Origin: Clostridiales bacterium
GTDB lineage: Bacteria > Bacillota > Clostridia > Oscillospirales > Oscillospiraceae
Direction: 5' to 3'
NCBI GenBank assembly: GCA_021203685.1
Contig: JAJQAS010000223.1
Coordinates: forward strand, 7,207 to 56,971
Length of the DNA: 49,765 nt
Below the pieces are notes generated by a model. That model saw nothing but the letters and a program-made list of their open reading frames with translations, was not told the DNA's origin and made no database searches. Positions within the stretch are counted from its first letter, which is position 1; every line of letters starts with the position of its first letter. Below are positions 39,601 through 48,613 of the stretch, in pieces. Position numbers and translations under genes: made by a program.

Positions 39601-39784
39601 CGAGGGCTTTGGCTCCCTGGACAACCAGGCCCTGGAAAAGGCCCTGGAGGTGCTGCGCCAGCTGGCCGGGGACAGCCGACAGGTGGGCATCATCTCCCAC
39701 GTGGAGAAGCTGGAGGAGTGCATTTCCCAGAAGATCCTGGTTCGGGGCGGCAGAAACGGCAGCACCATCGAATTGCAAATTTGA
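36620..39784 (+). CDS. sbcC: Exonuclease SbcCD subunit C (SMC-like ATPase)
   Basis: MRP..L....FGPY, GNTGAGKT, QIVMLAQGEF, coiled coil with CPVC hook, LSGGE, FIDEGFGSLD, GIISH. Confidence 0.94.
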   Translation: MRPEKLTMAAFGPYAGETTVDFTQLGSGLYLISGNTGAGKTTLFDAIVYALYGVASGSGRTAEMFHSDYVGKHDRTWVELTFTQGGRRFKVNREFRFPKKRDGSVGKPTKNALLEEEGKSPGTPAAAVTARITPLPGLAATQPRQIVMLAQGEFRRFLEAGSDERGRILGQLFDNRLYLDFQQRLKRGADCLEARRQETEREMNLRLSTLSLPEDLTEEQRGCFDLHHPQLEEALTQLEAGDRQALAALDGDIRTQETRREQLQAQKTLAQQRNQRLDALEQCRREEFALQAQAEPMEALALRMEQGRKALRLVFPSERALEQTRSRLLQTQGELTGWASQRERETRKFHSLEQECQRWREQTPQMERLGHHIQAIAEALSDYDRLESVQKALDSASRRLDAVRQSETQAQEEKQKIESQQATLQAQLEPLKGAEVTCVRLTAEREQADRRLNRLTGLGDQIAELKTGLVQGQTLRRRQQQQQQRLQAATERRSHLYDAFWNGQAGILAEQLEETLAQDGEGVCPVCGARHLRGNHPPFAQKPAETPSQEEVNQAEAAAKREQEKNNALLVDLKEKISAWKEKKSNALLLAAELFPEAPDWDTLAQPGYLTEAIAQGKADLTAVETALQKAQEQQRIKETTEAALQTLRSQMEQANARLEEQTEVCRKMQEEVTRLTAQAEEGRRTLPYPSRKEALTEQAKLTARRNQWQRGLEQAQAALDESQRKLARLAGLLETGETRLTAQQKELAAATAQLETAWKGAGFPSLADYQRSLAPEGQTIDEDWLTAQEARLTDYQNRRRDCANRLRSLEEETAGWERSDLAALDGALQGLENQLSAQREARDRQYHRRQANRQVARGVAQGRAALRRIAPAERELKRLAQVANGQDTALGRYSFDRYVLSAFFEEIIAQANCHLDVMSGGKYSLARRETADRKNGAAGLELEVWDAFTGEARRTPSLSGGESFQASLALALGLSDVVQQHAGGVQLETMFIDEGFGSLDNQALEKALEVLRQLAGDSRQVGIISHVEKLEECISQKILVRGGRNGSTIELQI

Positions 39785-39984
39785 ACCGCTGAAAATCCCA
39801 TTCTTTTGCCACAAAGCGACAGATTTGTCCCGTTGTCGCCGGGAAAGAGACTTGACGGTGTCCGCGTGGATGCGCTACAATAAACTAGAGAATTTGGATT
39901 TTTTCAGGGCGCGGGGCGACTGCAACGCCCCACCGCCCCAAATGCCGGGCAATATCTGCGAATCGGGGAAGGAGACGGCTGGAT

Positions 39985-40539
39985 ATGGCGGATTCCAACA
40001 TCACCAAACGAGCGCTTGCAATGGCGACGAAGGAGCTGATGGAACAGACGCCCTTCTCCAAAATCAGCGTGGGGGACATCTGCGAGAAGTGCGGCATGAA
40101 CCGCAAGAGTTTCTATTACCATTTCCGGGACAAATACGACCTGGTCAACTGGATCTTCGACGTGGAGTTTTTGCAGCTCACCGTCCAGCACGAGGAGGGT
40201 ATCCGCTGGGCGCTGCTGGGGGAGTTGTGCCGTTATTTTTACGACAACCGGGTCTTTTACCGCCGGGCGCTGGAGGTGAAAGGGCAGAACTCCTTTTCCG
40301 ACCACTTCCGGGAGATGCTCTCCCCGCTGCTGCGAGAGCTGCTGAGAAGGGTTCTGGCCGAGCCGAGGCAGATGGAATTTTACATCAATTTCTACTCTGA
40401 CGCTTTTATTTGTTCCCTGGAGCGGTGGCTCTCCAGCCGGGACTGTATGCCGCCGGAGCAGTTTGTGGAGCTGCTCCAATCCTGTGTGCTGACCCTGGCC
40501 GATTTGACCAAGCTGGAGGAGGGCGAAGAGCAGGTGTGA
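39985..40539 (+). CDS. TetR family transcriptional regulator (DhaS-like)
   Basis: TKRALA.A.KELM...PFSKISVGDICEKCGMNRKSFYYHF.DKYDL; RBS AAGGAG. Confidence 0.92.
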   Translation: MADSNITKRALAMATKELMEQTPFSKISVGDICEKCGMNRKSFYYHFRDKYDLVNWIFDVEFLQLTVQHEEGIRWALLGELCRYFYDNRVFYRRALEVKGQNSFSDHFREMLSPLLRELLRRVLAEPRQMEFYINFYSDAFICSLERWLSSRDCMPPEQFVELLQSCVLTLADLTKLEEGEEQV

Positions 40540-40661
40540 CCCGCAGCGATTTACATTAAATTTCCATAAAAGCAGTACCGACGATTTGACAGATACGCTG
40601 ATATGTGCTATTCTGAATATAACAGAAATAGAAACCTTGTCAATGAATGGAGGTTCCTTTT

Positions 40662-41102
40662 ATGTGGAGATGGAAACGATTCCTTTGTGCCCTGTTGACC
40701 CCTGTGATTCTGCTTTCCCTCTCTGCCTGCGGCAGCTCTACGCAAACGACCATCGACCAATATGAGTGGACGCTGAACACCGTGCAGAGCGACAGCGACG
40801 GGGGAGAGGTGGTGGCCTGCGACGTGGACTACCTGGCCTCGTACCCCGCTGCGGCTGAGGTCAGCTTTTCCTGCGCCGCCCGCGAGGGCACACTTGTTTT
40901 GACCGACCACGCCAGCGGTCAGGTCTACAGCGGAACTTACGCCGAAGATACAGCGAATGCGGACAGCCTTCTTTACACCGTCCAGTTTGACGACAGCACG
41001 GGAAACGCGACCTCCGCGCTGACCAAGTATGCGGGCGGCGGCTCCGCCCCCACGTTGGTGCTCTCCGTTGACGGTTATACGATGTATTTCACCGGACAGT
41101 GA
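40662..41102 (+). CDS. Hypothetical lipoprotein
   Basis: KRFLCALLTPVILLSLSAC lipobox; RBS GGAGG. Confidence 0.8.
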   Translation: MWRWKRFLCALLTPVILLSLSACGSSTQTTIDQYEWTLNTVQSDSDGGEVVACDVDYLASYPAAAEVSFSCAAREGTLVLTDHASGQVYSGTYAEDTANADSLLYTVQFDDSTGNATSALTKYAGGGSAPTLVLSVDGYTMYFTGQ

Positions 41103-41119
41103 AAGGGAGGAGAGACAGC

Positions 41120-41461
41120 ATGAAGCGATTCTTTTGTGTGTTTTTTGCCCTCGCCATTCTGCTTTCTCTGACCGCCTGCGGCGGCGAAACCACGGACAGA
41201 GTGACCTTCCGGGCCACGGTGTTGGAAGCCGACGAGAGCGGGTTTCTCGTGGAGCCGGTGGCGGGGAGCGCGGAGCTGAACAACTCTGACCGCATCGTGG
41301 TTCCCATGACGTCGATGGAGGCATCGCCTGAGCCGGAGGTGGGGGACACGCTGGAGATCGTCTACAACGGCGACATCGCGGAATCCTACCCCGCCCAAAT
41401 CAGCACCGTTTACAGCATCCGCGTTGTGGAAGAAGGAGACAGCGAACATGAAGAAGCATAA
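41120..41461 (+). CDS. Small lipoprotein (YobA/DUF3221-like OB fold)
   Basis: MKRFF...LLSLTAC lipobox; F.ATVLE...VEP, VGD.LEI.Y.G.IAESYPAQI. Confidence 0.75.
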   Translation: MKRFFCVFFALAILLSLTACGGETTDRVTFRATVLEADESGFLVEPVAGSAELNNSDRIVVPMTSMEASPEPEVGDTLEIVYNGDIAESYPAQISTVYSIRVVEEGDSEHEEA

Positions 41462-41645
41462 GAAAAAGAACGCCAAGCAGCAGCAAGATTTGGCCTTCGG
41501 GCTGCTGATTGGACTGCTCTTCGGCATTCCCATTGGCGTCTCGCAGAACAGTCCCGCCGTTGGCATTTCTATGGTCCTTTGTTTTGGACTGGCGCTCAGC
41601 TGTACCGGCGGGAAAAAGAAGAAAGCTGCCCAGCCGGAGGAATAA
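41448..41645 (+). CDS. Small membrane protein
   Basis: Basic N-terminus, two Gly-rich hydrophobic segments; RBS AAGGAG; overlaps the upstream stop. Confidence 0.65.
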   Translation: MKKHKKKNAKQQQDLAFGLLIGLLFGIPIGVSQNSPAVGISMVLCFGLALSCTGGKKKKAAQPEE

Positions 41646-41721
41646 CGCCGGTTTGTGGCTTCAACGCGCATAAAATTTCCCTGCCCACACAACCTGCGAA
41701 CGAGAGAAAGGAAGGTTTTGC

Positions 41722-42909
41722 ATGAATTTTGTCTTTGTTTCCCCCCAGTTCCCCGACTGCTACCGCCACTTCTGCCAGCGGCTCAAGGGCAACGGCGTCA
41801 ATGTGCTGGGCATTGGCGACTGCCCCTATGCCCTGCTGCACCCGGAGCTGAAAGCCTCCCTGACCGAGTATTACAAGGTGGACACCATGGAGGACTACGA
41901 CCAGATGCTCCGGGCGGTGGCCTATTTCACCTTCCGCTACGGCAAAATCGACTATCTGGAGTCCAACAACGAGTACTGGATGGAGCAGGACGCCCGTCTG
42001 CGCCAGGACTTCCACATCACCAGCGGTCTCCAGCCGGAGGACATGCGGAAGTTCAAGAACAAATCCGCCATGAAAGCCTATTACGCGGCGGCGGGTATCC
42101 CCACCGCCCGGTATCACCTGCTGACCGACCGGCAGAGCGCCCTGGACTTCGCCCATTGGGTGGGGTATCCCCTGGTGGCAAAGCCCGACAACGGGGTGGG
42201 GGCCGCCGGGAACCGCACCCTCCGCTCGGATGAGGATCTGTGTCGACTCTTTGACATGGATTTAGGCTCTCAGTATATTTTGGAGGAGTTTGTCTCCGGG
42301 GATGTGTCCGCCTTTGACGGCATTGTCAACAGCAAGGGGGAAATCGTCTTTTGCGCCAACCATGTGACCACCATCTCCATTATGGACATGGTGCAGCACC
42401 ACGGCCCCATGTACTATTCCGTGCTGAAGGATGTTCCCTGGGACATGCTGGAGGCGGGGAAAGCGGTGCTGAAATCCTTCGGCCTGAAAAAGCGCAGCTT
42501 CCACCTGGAGTTCTTCCGGCTCACCGAGGCCAAGGAGGGGCTGGGCAACGTGGGAGACATCGTGGGCCTGGAGGTCAACATGCGCCCCGCCGGAGGCTAC
42601 ACCCCGGACATGATCAACTACGCCACCAGCGCCGACTATTACCAGCTGTGGGCGGATATGATTTGCTACGACGAACCCCGCCACGGCTACGACGGTCAGC
42701 GATACTACTGCGCCTACATTGGCCGGTGGGATGAGAAGCGCTACCGCCACTCCCACGACGACATCTGCCAGCGGTACGGCTGGCGCATCAAGGACTCTGG
42801 CCGCCTGACCGGTATCCTGGAGGGGACGATGGGGGATGACTTTTTCATCGGCGTGGCAGACACCGCCGAGGCCAGAGACGAGATGATCGGGTATATGCTG
42901 GAGGAATAA
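41722..42909 (+). CDS. ATP-grasp domain protein
   Basis: NFVF.SP.FP, ESNNEYW.E.DA.LR.DF, K..MK, AKPDNGVGA, EEFV.G, HLEFF, LEVNMRPAGG. Confidence 0.88.
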   Translation: MNFVFVSPQFPDCYRHFCQRLKGNGVNVLGIGDCPYALLHPELKASLTEYYKVDTMEDYDQMLRAVAYFTFRYGKIDYLESNNEYWMEQDARLRQDFHITSGLQPEDMRKFKNKSAMKAYYAAAGIPTARYHLLTDRQSALDFAHWVGYPLVAKPDNGVGAAGNRTLRSDEDLCRLFDMDLGSQYILEEFVSGDVSAFDGIVNSKGEIVFCANHVTTISIMDMVQHHGPMYYSVLKDVPWDMLEAGKAVLKSFGLKKRSFHLEFFRLTEAKEGLGNVGDIVGLEVNMRPAGGYTPDMINYATSADYYQLWADMICYDEPRHGYDGQRYYCAYIGRWDEKRYRHSHDDICQRYGWRIKDSGRLTGILEGTMGDDFFIGVADTAEARDEMIGYMLEE

Positions 42910-42915
42910 TATAAA

Positions 42916-42952
42916 GCTATTAGCTATTAGCTATTAGCCGTTAGCTACTAGT
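42916..42952 (+). repeat. Heptamer array just after the ATP-grasp stop codon
   Basis: GCTA-TTAGCTA-TTAGCTA-TTAGCCG-TTAGCTA-CTAGT. Confidence 0.75.
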
Positions 42953-43008
42953 ATAGTATCGCAAGCCGATAGTGAGCAGCTCATTACAACGTTGAAACAA
43001 GCATAGAA

Positions 43009-43050
43009 GAACCAGCCGGGAAGGAGACACCCTCTTTCCCGGCTGGTTTT
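43009..43050. terminator. Terminator between the convergent ATP-grasp and rubrerythrin genes
   Basis: ACCAGCCGGGAAGGAG / CTCTTTCCCGGCTGGT stem followed by TTT. Confidence 0.7.
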
Positions 43051-43072
43051 GCGTTGTACGGCTTATTGCGGT

Positions 43073-43621
43073 TTATTGCAGCTCCGGCTTTACCTGAAAA
43101 TACCCCTGCCCGGCGCCGCAGACGGCGCAAACCTCCGGCGCGCGCTTGGCCACCACCAGATGGCCGCACTTCCGGCACTCCCAGACTACTTCACCGGCCC
43201 GCGCAAAGACGGTCTGGGCCTCCACGCTGCGGATCAGCTTCTGGAACCGCTCCTCGTGGCCCTTCTCCACCGCCGCCACCAGCCGAAACCGGGCCGCCAG
43301 CTCGGAGAAGCCCTCCGCCTCCGCGTCCTCCGCGAAGTGAGCGTACATCTCCGTCCACTCGTAATGCTCCCCGGCGGCGGCGCTTTTCAGGTTCAGGGCC
43401 GTGTCCGCGATGCCGGAGAGGGCCTGGAACCACAGCCGGGCGTGTTCCCGCTCGTTGTCGGCAGTCTCCCGGAAGATGGCGGCGATTTGCTCAAACCCCT
43501 CCCGGTGGGCCACCTGCGCGAAGAAGTCGTATTTGCTCCGGGCCTGGGTCTCCCCGGCGAAAGCTGTGCGCAGGTTCTGGTCGGTTTTGGTGCCCAGCAG
43601 TTCTTTTCCGTATTGTTTCAT
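43073..43621 (-). CDS. rbr: Rubrerythrin
   Basis: GTKT..NL..AFAGE.QA..KY, NE.EHA, GE.YE...MY, EK.HE.RF, C-terminal W.C..CG...CAVC rubredoxin-like domain. Confidence 0.93.
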   Translation of the reverse strand: MKQYGKELLGTKTDQNLRTAFAGETQARSKYDFFAQVAHREGFEQIAAIFRETADNEREHARLWFQALSGIADTALNLKSAAAGEHYEWTEMYAHFAEDAEAEGFSELAARFRLVAAVEKGHEERFQKLIRSVEAQTVFARAGEVVWECRKCGHLVVAKRAPEVCAVCGAGQGYFQVKPELQ

Positions 43622-43684
43622 GGCGATACCCTCCTGTTTGTTGGTCGAGGGTATCTTTCCCAGAAGGGCGGGAAATATCCGTCC

Positions 43685-43879
43685 TTAATACAGCTCCCGC
43701 AGGACGTTCTCGGAATACTCCCGCAGCGCGGCCAGGTTCCGAATGGAATCGCCGCACTGAATGACCCGCTCCCGCACCGGGTCCGGCAGGACGGTGAAGT
43801 AGCACTCCGCGTCCCGGTCGCAGTGGAGCAGGTGGTTCAAATTGCGATAGTTCTGTTTCTTCACGGTTTTGTCTCCCAT
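43685..43879 (-). CDS. Small hypothetical protein (start may be GTG at 43864)
   Basis: Fills the gap between the amidase and rbr on the same strand; GGGAG precedes the GTG. Confidence 0.55.
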   Translation of the reverse strand: MGDKTVKKQNYRNLNHLLHCDRDAECYFTVLPDPVRERVIQCGDSIRNLAALREYSENVLRELY

Positions 43880-43927
43880 TCCGCGCCGTTTCCGGCGCAA
43901 GGATATGGTGGACAAAATGGACGCTGT

Positions 43928-44674
43928 TTATTCGTTTTCCAGCGTGATGAACTGTTGCAAGGCGAAGCCGGAAACGCCGTTCCACTCCACCACGAACCAG
44001 TTTTGGTAGCGGTTCCAGACGGTGAGCCGGGTGCCGTCCTGGAGGGACACCACCACCTCGCTGGCGGTATCCGGCGCGGCGCGGACGTTTAGGCTGCCCC
44101 AGTTCAGGTCCACATAGCCCGCCTGGGGCGATTGAAGGGGCAGAAAGGGCAGAGAAAAATACTGGGCCACCGCCTCCGCCAGCGCTTTGGCGATCTCCGG
44201 CACGTTGTCCCGTATCCACTGGGCGTCCTCCGGGTTGTCGTGGTAGGCCAGTTCCACCAGCACGGCGGGAGCCGCGACCTTCGCCACCTCGCCGATGGTG
44301 GTGGTGGGCAGGGCGCGCACCTTCTCCGGCTGTGGATAAATGGTGCGAAGTTGGGCGGCAATCAGCTCGGCGGCCCGGCGGCTGTGGGCGGAGCTGGGGG
44401 AATAGTACACGTCGGTCCCCTGGAGGACGCCGGAGAGAGTCTCCGGTGCGGCGTTGCTGTGCAGCGCCAGGTGCAGAGAGAACTGCCCGGCGTTGGACGC
44501 TTCGATGGACTGGGCGGCGGTCATATCCGTGGTGTTGCGGACAAAGGAGATGCCGCAGGCGCGAAACCACCGCTCCAGCTGATCGGCAATCAGGTTCATG
44601 TACAGCTCCTCGTTCCCACCGCCGGTGTAGGGGTTGAACTCCTGGGAGGAGGGGGACAGATAGACAAAAGGCAT
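43928..44674 (-). CDS. N-acetylmuramoyl-L-alanine amidase (Amidase_3-like) with C-terminal SH3b domain
   Basis: YLSPS.QE, EE..MN, HLALHSNA, PAVLVELAYHDN..DA; LNVR.AP SH3b; no signal peptide. Confidence 0.85.
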   Translation of the reverse strand: MPFVYLSPSSQEFNPYTGGGNEELYMNLIADQLERWFRACGISFVRNTTDMTAAQSIEASNAGQFSLHLALHSNAAPETLSGVLQGTDVYYSPSSAHSRRAAELIAAQLRTIYPQPEKVRALPTTTIGEVAKVAAPAVLVELAYHDNPEDAQWIRDNVPEIAKALAEAVAQYFSLPFLPLQSPQAGYVDLNWGSLNVRAAPDTASEVVVSLQDGTRLTVWNRYQNWFVVEWNGVSGFALQQFITLENE

Positions 44675-44736
44675 AGACAGGGCCTCCCAAACAGAATGGT
44701 ATCCCAGTCTATGCCGGTGGGGGAGAAGGGGAAACT

Positions 44737-45600
44737 CTATCCCAGCATCTCCCCGATGACGTTGGACAGGGCGGCAAACTGCTCCAAACTCAGCTGCTCA
44801 CCGCGGGTGTTCTCCCCCAGGCCGCAGGCAGTCAGAGCCTCCCGCAGCTGCTCTTTGGTCAGCTGATTGGAAAACGCGGAGGAGAGGCCGTTCAGCAGTT
44901 TTTTTCGCCGCTGGAGGAAGGCCGCCCGCACCACCTGAAAGAACCGCGCTTCGCTGTCCACCGCCGCCGGGGGCGCAGAGCGCGCCGCCATCCGCACCAC
45001 CGCCGAGGTGACCTTGGGCGCGGGGTAGAAGCAGTGGGGCGGCACCTCAAAGAGCAGCTCACAGTCTGCGTAGTATTGGCACAGCAGCGTAAACGCGCCA
45101 TAGTCGCCGGTGTTGGGCCGGGCGCAGATGCGCTTTGCCACCTCCCGCTGGATCATCACCGTGACCGAGCCGAAGCGGCAGCTTTCCAGCAGCCGGGTCA
45201 GCACCGGCGTGGTGATGTTATAAGGCAGGTTGGCGCAGACGATGGGGGTCAGCCCGCCGCAGTGCTCCGCCAGCAAAGCGTCCAAATCCAGCTTCATGAT
45301 GTTGCCGGGAATGACGGTTACATTGGGGCAGTCGGCCAGCGTCTCCGCCAGCACCGGCAGCAGCGCGCTGTCCAGCTCCACCGCCGCCACCTTGCCCGCT
45401 CTTTGGGCCAGCTGGACGGTCAGCGGGCCGATGCCCGGCCCGATCTCCAGCACGGCGGTGGTTTCGTCCGCGCCAGAAGCCTCTGCGATGGCCCGGGGAA
45501 CGCTGCTGTCGATGAGGAAGTTCTGCCCCATGGACTTGGAGAAGTGGAAGCCGTACCGGGTCAGCAGGGGTTTGATTTCGCGCAAATCGCAGAGATCCAT
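44737..45600 (-). CDS. rsmA: 16S rRNA m6,2A1518/1519 dimethyltransferase
   Basis: KSMGQNFL, VLEIGPGIG.LT, AVELD, ANLPYNITTP, MIQREVA, F.PAPKV.S, F.QRRK. Confidence 0.96.
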   Translation of the reverse strand: MDLCDLREIKPLLTRYGFHFSKSMGQNFLIDSSVPRAIAEASGADETTAVLEIGPGIGPLTVQLAQRAGKVAAVELDSALLPVLAETLADCPNVTVIPGNIMKLDLDALLAEHCGGLTPIVCANLPYNITTPVLTRLLESCRFGSVTVMIQREVAKRICARPNTGDYGAFTLLCQYYADCELLFEVPPHCFYPAPKVTSAVVRMAARSAPPAAVDSEARFFQVVRAAFLQRRKKLLNGLSSAFSNQLTKEQLREALTACGLGENTRGEQLSLEQFAALSNVIGEMLG

Positions 45601-45721
45601 CTTGGAATCACCTTTTCAATCATAAAATTGGGGCGGGGGACAGCAGAAAAGGTACAAAAAGCGGCGCTCGAATCCGTCCTTTTGGCCCGAACGCGAGCGC
45701 ACACTGTCGTTTTACGGAATA

Positions 45722-46888
45722 CTATCCCTCTTTGGGGTACCCAATGTCCTTTTCCAGCAGCTCCAGGGGCACCTGGCTGTCCTGGGCCATCCCGATTTTC
45801 CGAAAACCGTTGCGGGTGTAAAACCGCTTGGCGATTTGGTTGGTGGGGGCGCAGCGGAGCCGCAGCTTGTCCCTGCCCAGGGGCCGCGCGGTGGAGACCG
45901 CCTGCCCGATAAGCTGGACGCCCAGCCCCTTGTGGCGATAGGCGGGGTTCATGTAGACGAAGGGAACGAAGCAGACGCCGCTTTCCGCGTCCCGCTCCAG
46001 GTTCATCTGGATCATGCCCACGATTTCCTCGCCCAGACAGGCCACCATCACCGACCTGGGCTCGTTCAGGCTGGCCCGGAAGGCCGCCTGATAGAACGCC
46101 TCCCCATCGAAGAACGCCTCCCGCCCGTGGATGTCCACCCACGCCTCATGGCGGTAGCGGAAGTACAGCTCTTTTTCCTCGTAGGGCCGCCAGGGGCGGA
46201 ACCACAGGTTGGCGTTGCCCATGGCGAAGACCGTTCGCTCCTCGCCGGGGCCGCGCTGCTTTATGATGGTGGAGATCTCCCGCGGCAGGTGGGAGTTGTC
46301 TGCCTCGAAGATTACCCGCACATCGCGCCCCTCCACCTCAATGCAGGCCACGCCGGTGTTGTCGCTGTGGGGGACCTTGCCGATGCCCTCCAGGCCGTAA
46401 CCGTGGAACCAGGACAGGGCCGTCCGAATCACCATGCCGTGGGAGAAGCAGGCCACGGTTTTGCCGGGGTTGGCGTCGGCGATTTTGAAAATGGCCTCCA
46501 CCATCCGCTGCTGTACCTGCTGATACGTCTCGCCGCCCTCGATTTCGTAGGCGGGGGAGACCTCCCCAAAGAGCCGCATCCGCTCCGGGTCGTGTACCTG
46601 GGCGTCGCCAAAGGGCACATCCTCCCACACGCCAATGCCGATTTCGATCAGCCCCGGCTCGATTTGCAGGGGCAGATGGTGCGGTACATAAATGGCCCTG
46701 GCGGTGGTCTTACACCGGCACAGGGGGCTGGAATACACCGCGTCGATGGGTACCCCGTCAAAGCGGCCCGTCAGGGCAGCGATTTGCCGGTATCCGGTGT
46801 CGGTGATGAGGGAATCATACCAGCCGTGCATCCGGCGGTACAGGTTGCCCTCCGCCTGGGCGTGGCGAATCAAATACAGTCGCGTCAT
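45722..46888 (-). CDS. Histidine phosphatase (PGM-like) fused to a C-terminal GNAT acetyltransferase
   Basis: LYLIRHA..EGN, YSSPL.R...TA, E...G.WE, SHG..IR, NT; then YM.PAYRHKGLG.QL and N..A.RFY...GF. Confidence 0.85.
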   Translation of the reverse strand: MTRLYLIRHAQAEGNLYRRMHGWYDSLITDTGYRQIAALTGRFDGVPIDAVYSSPLCRCKTTARAIYVPHHLPLQIEPGLIEIGIGVWEDVPFGDAQVHDPERMRLFGEVSPAYEIEGGETYQQVQQRMVEAIFKIADANPGKTVACFSHGMVIRTALSWFHGYGLEGIGKVPHSDNTGVACIEVEGRDVRVIFEADNSHLPREISTIIKQRGPGEERTVFAMGNANLWFRPWRPYEEKELYFRYRHEAWVDIHGREAFFDGEAFYQAAFRASLNEPRSVMVACLGEEIVGMIQMNLERDAESGVCFVPFVYMNPAYRHKGLGVQLIGQAVSTARPLGRDKLRLRCAPTNQIAKRFYTRNGFRKIGMAQDSQVPLELLEKDIGYPKEG

Positions 46889-46916
46889 TGCAGCGCTCGC
46901 TCGCTTTCTCTATACT

Positions 46917-47846
46917 TTACCAGGGCTGCACACCGCCTGTCAGCTCACTGACCGATTGCAGTCCCTGCTCCGCGGCCAGCGCCGCAAGCCCGTCCCGCAC
47001 CTTCAGGGGGGCGTAGGGGTCGGCAAAGCAGGCCGTCCCCACGGCTACGGCGGTGGCCCCGGCCAGCAGCATCTGGGCCGCGTCCTCGCCTTTTGCCACG
47101 CCGCCCATGCCCAGCACAGGGATACTCACTGCGTTGGCGACTTCCCACACCATCCGCACCGCCACCGGCAGCACCGCCGGGCCGGACAGTCCGCCGGTGT
47201 TCATGTGCAGCACCGGGCGGCGGGTCTTTACGTCAATGCGCATCCCCCGAATGGTGTTGATGAGGGAGACCGCGTCCGCCCCTGCGCCCTCCACCGCTCT
47301 GGCGATGGCGGTGATGTCGGTGACGTTGGGGGAGAGCTTGACCATGACCGGTACACGCCCTGCGTGTTTTTTGGCGCACTCGGTTACCTCGGCGGTCATC
47401 TCCGGGACGGTGCCGTACTGCAACCCCCCGCACTTCACGTTGGGGCAGGAGACGTTGACCTCGATCATGTCCACCCCCGCGTCAGCGAGCTTTTCACACA
47501 TGATGCCGTACTCTTCCGGCGTGTTGCCGGAGATATTGGCGATGATTTTCAGGTCGTGCCGCCGCAGATAGGGCAGTTCCTCCGCGATAAAGCGGTCCAC
47601 GCCGGGGTTTTGCAGCCCCACGGAGTTCAAAATGCCCATGGGCGTCTCGGCAATGCGGGGCGGGGGATTGCCCTCTCTGGGGTGGAGGGTCAGGCCCTTG
47701 CAGCAGATGCCGCCCAGCTCGCTGATGTCATAAAACTGGCCGTATTCCCGGCCAAAGCCGAAGGTGCCGGAGGCCACCACAATGGGGTTCTTCATGGACA
47801 TCCCCGCCAGGGTGACGCCCATCTCTACGCCGTTGATGACGCTCAT
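46917..47846 (-). CDS. pyrD: Dihydroorotate dehydrogenase, catalytic subunit (type 1B)
   Basis: KNP...ASGTFG.G, GNPPPRIAET, NSVGLQNPG, NVSCPNV, VKLSPNVTDI, INT, GGLSGPA. Confidence 0.96.
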   Translation of the reverse strand: MSVINGVEMGVTLAGMSMKNPIVVASGTFGFGREYGQFYDISELGGICCKGLTLHPREGNPPPRIAETPMGILNSVGLQNPGVDRFIAEELPYLRRHDLKIIANISGNTPEEYGIMCEKLADAGVDMIEVNVSCPNVKCGGLQYGTVPEMTAEVTECAKKHAGRVPVMVKLSPNVTDITAIARAVEGAGADAVSLINTIRGMRIDVKTRRPVLHMNTGGLSGPAVLPVAVRMVWEVANAVSIPVLGMGGVAKGEDAAQMLLAGATAVAVGTACFADPYAPLKVRDGLAALAAEQGLQSVSELTGGVQPW

Positions 47847-48598
47847 GACCAGTCCACCTCCTCTGCGGGGAATACCGGTCCGTCCTTACAGACGTGCTGA
47901 TACGTGCCGCCCACCGAACAGGCGCACACCAGGCAGGCCCCCACGCCGCAGCCCATCCGCTCCTCCATGGAGACCTGACAGGGTACGCCGTAGTCCCCCG
48001 CCGCCTTGTAAACGTTTTTCAGCATGGGTTTGGGGCCGCAGGCGAAAACCGCGCTGATTGTTTTATCTTCCTCCAGATATTGCCGCACCAGCGCGTCCAC
48101 AAAGCCGTGGTAACCCACCGAGCCGTCGTCGCTGGCCACCCGCACCGGGCAGCCGGCCTGCTGAAAGTCCTCCAGCAGAATGACAGCCTGCCTGTTGCGG
48201 AACCCCAGCGCCGCCACCGCGCCGCCGGGGGCGGCCTTCGCCGCGTAGAGCATAGGGGGGACGCCGATGCCGCCGCCCACCACCAGCACCTTTCCGGGTT
48301 CGGGGTGGGCAAAGCCGTGGCCCAGGGGGCCAAGCACGTCCAGAGAAGTGCCTTCCGGCTGCTCCGCCAGCCAGGCGGTGCCTTCGCCCCGCACCTGAAA
48401 CACCACCCGGAGGGTGTCCCCCTCCGCGTCACAGATGGAGATGGGGCGGCGGAGCAGGTGGCCCTCGCCGCAGGCGATGTTGACGAACTGGCCGGGCCTG
48501 GCAGACCGGGCCAGTTCCTCTGCCTCCAGCAGGAAGGAGAAGGTGTCCGGGGTCAGCTGCTCGACCTGGGCAATGCGACACAGAGCTTGTACAGGCAT
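47843..48598 (-). CDS. pyrK: Dihydroorotate dehydrogenase electron transfer subunit
   Basis: PGQFV, LLRRPISI, GPLG.GF, GGGIGVPP, ACGP.PM, EERMGCGVGACLVC...C.DGPVF. Confidence 0.95.
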   Translation of the reverse strand: MPVQALCRIAQVEQLTPDTFSFLLEAEELARSARPGQFVNIACGEGHLLRRPISICDAEGDTLRVVFQVRGEGTAWLAEQPEGTSLDVLGPLGHGFAHPEPGKVLVVGGGIGVPPMLYAAKAAPGGAVAALGFRNRQAVILLEDFQQAGCPVRVASDDGSVGYHGFVDALVRQYLEEDKTISAVFACGPKPMLKNVYKAAGDYGVPCQVSMEERMGCGVGACLVCACSVGGTYQHVCKDGPVFPAEEVDWS

Positions 48599-48613
48599 AT
48601 AAGACCGCTCCTT

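Noticed and set aside
35385-39784. SMC-like ATPase plus nuclease as a defence system (Wadjet or Lamassu type)
   Set aside because: Motifs and gene order fit ordinary SbcCD; no accessory effector genes
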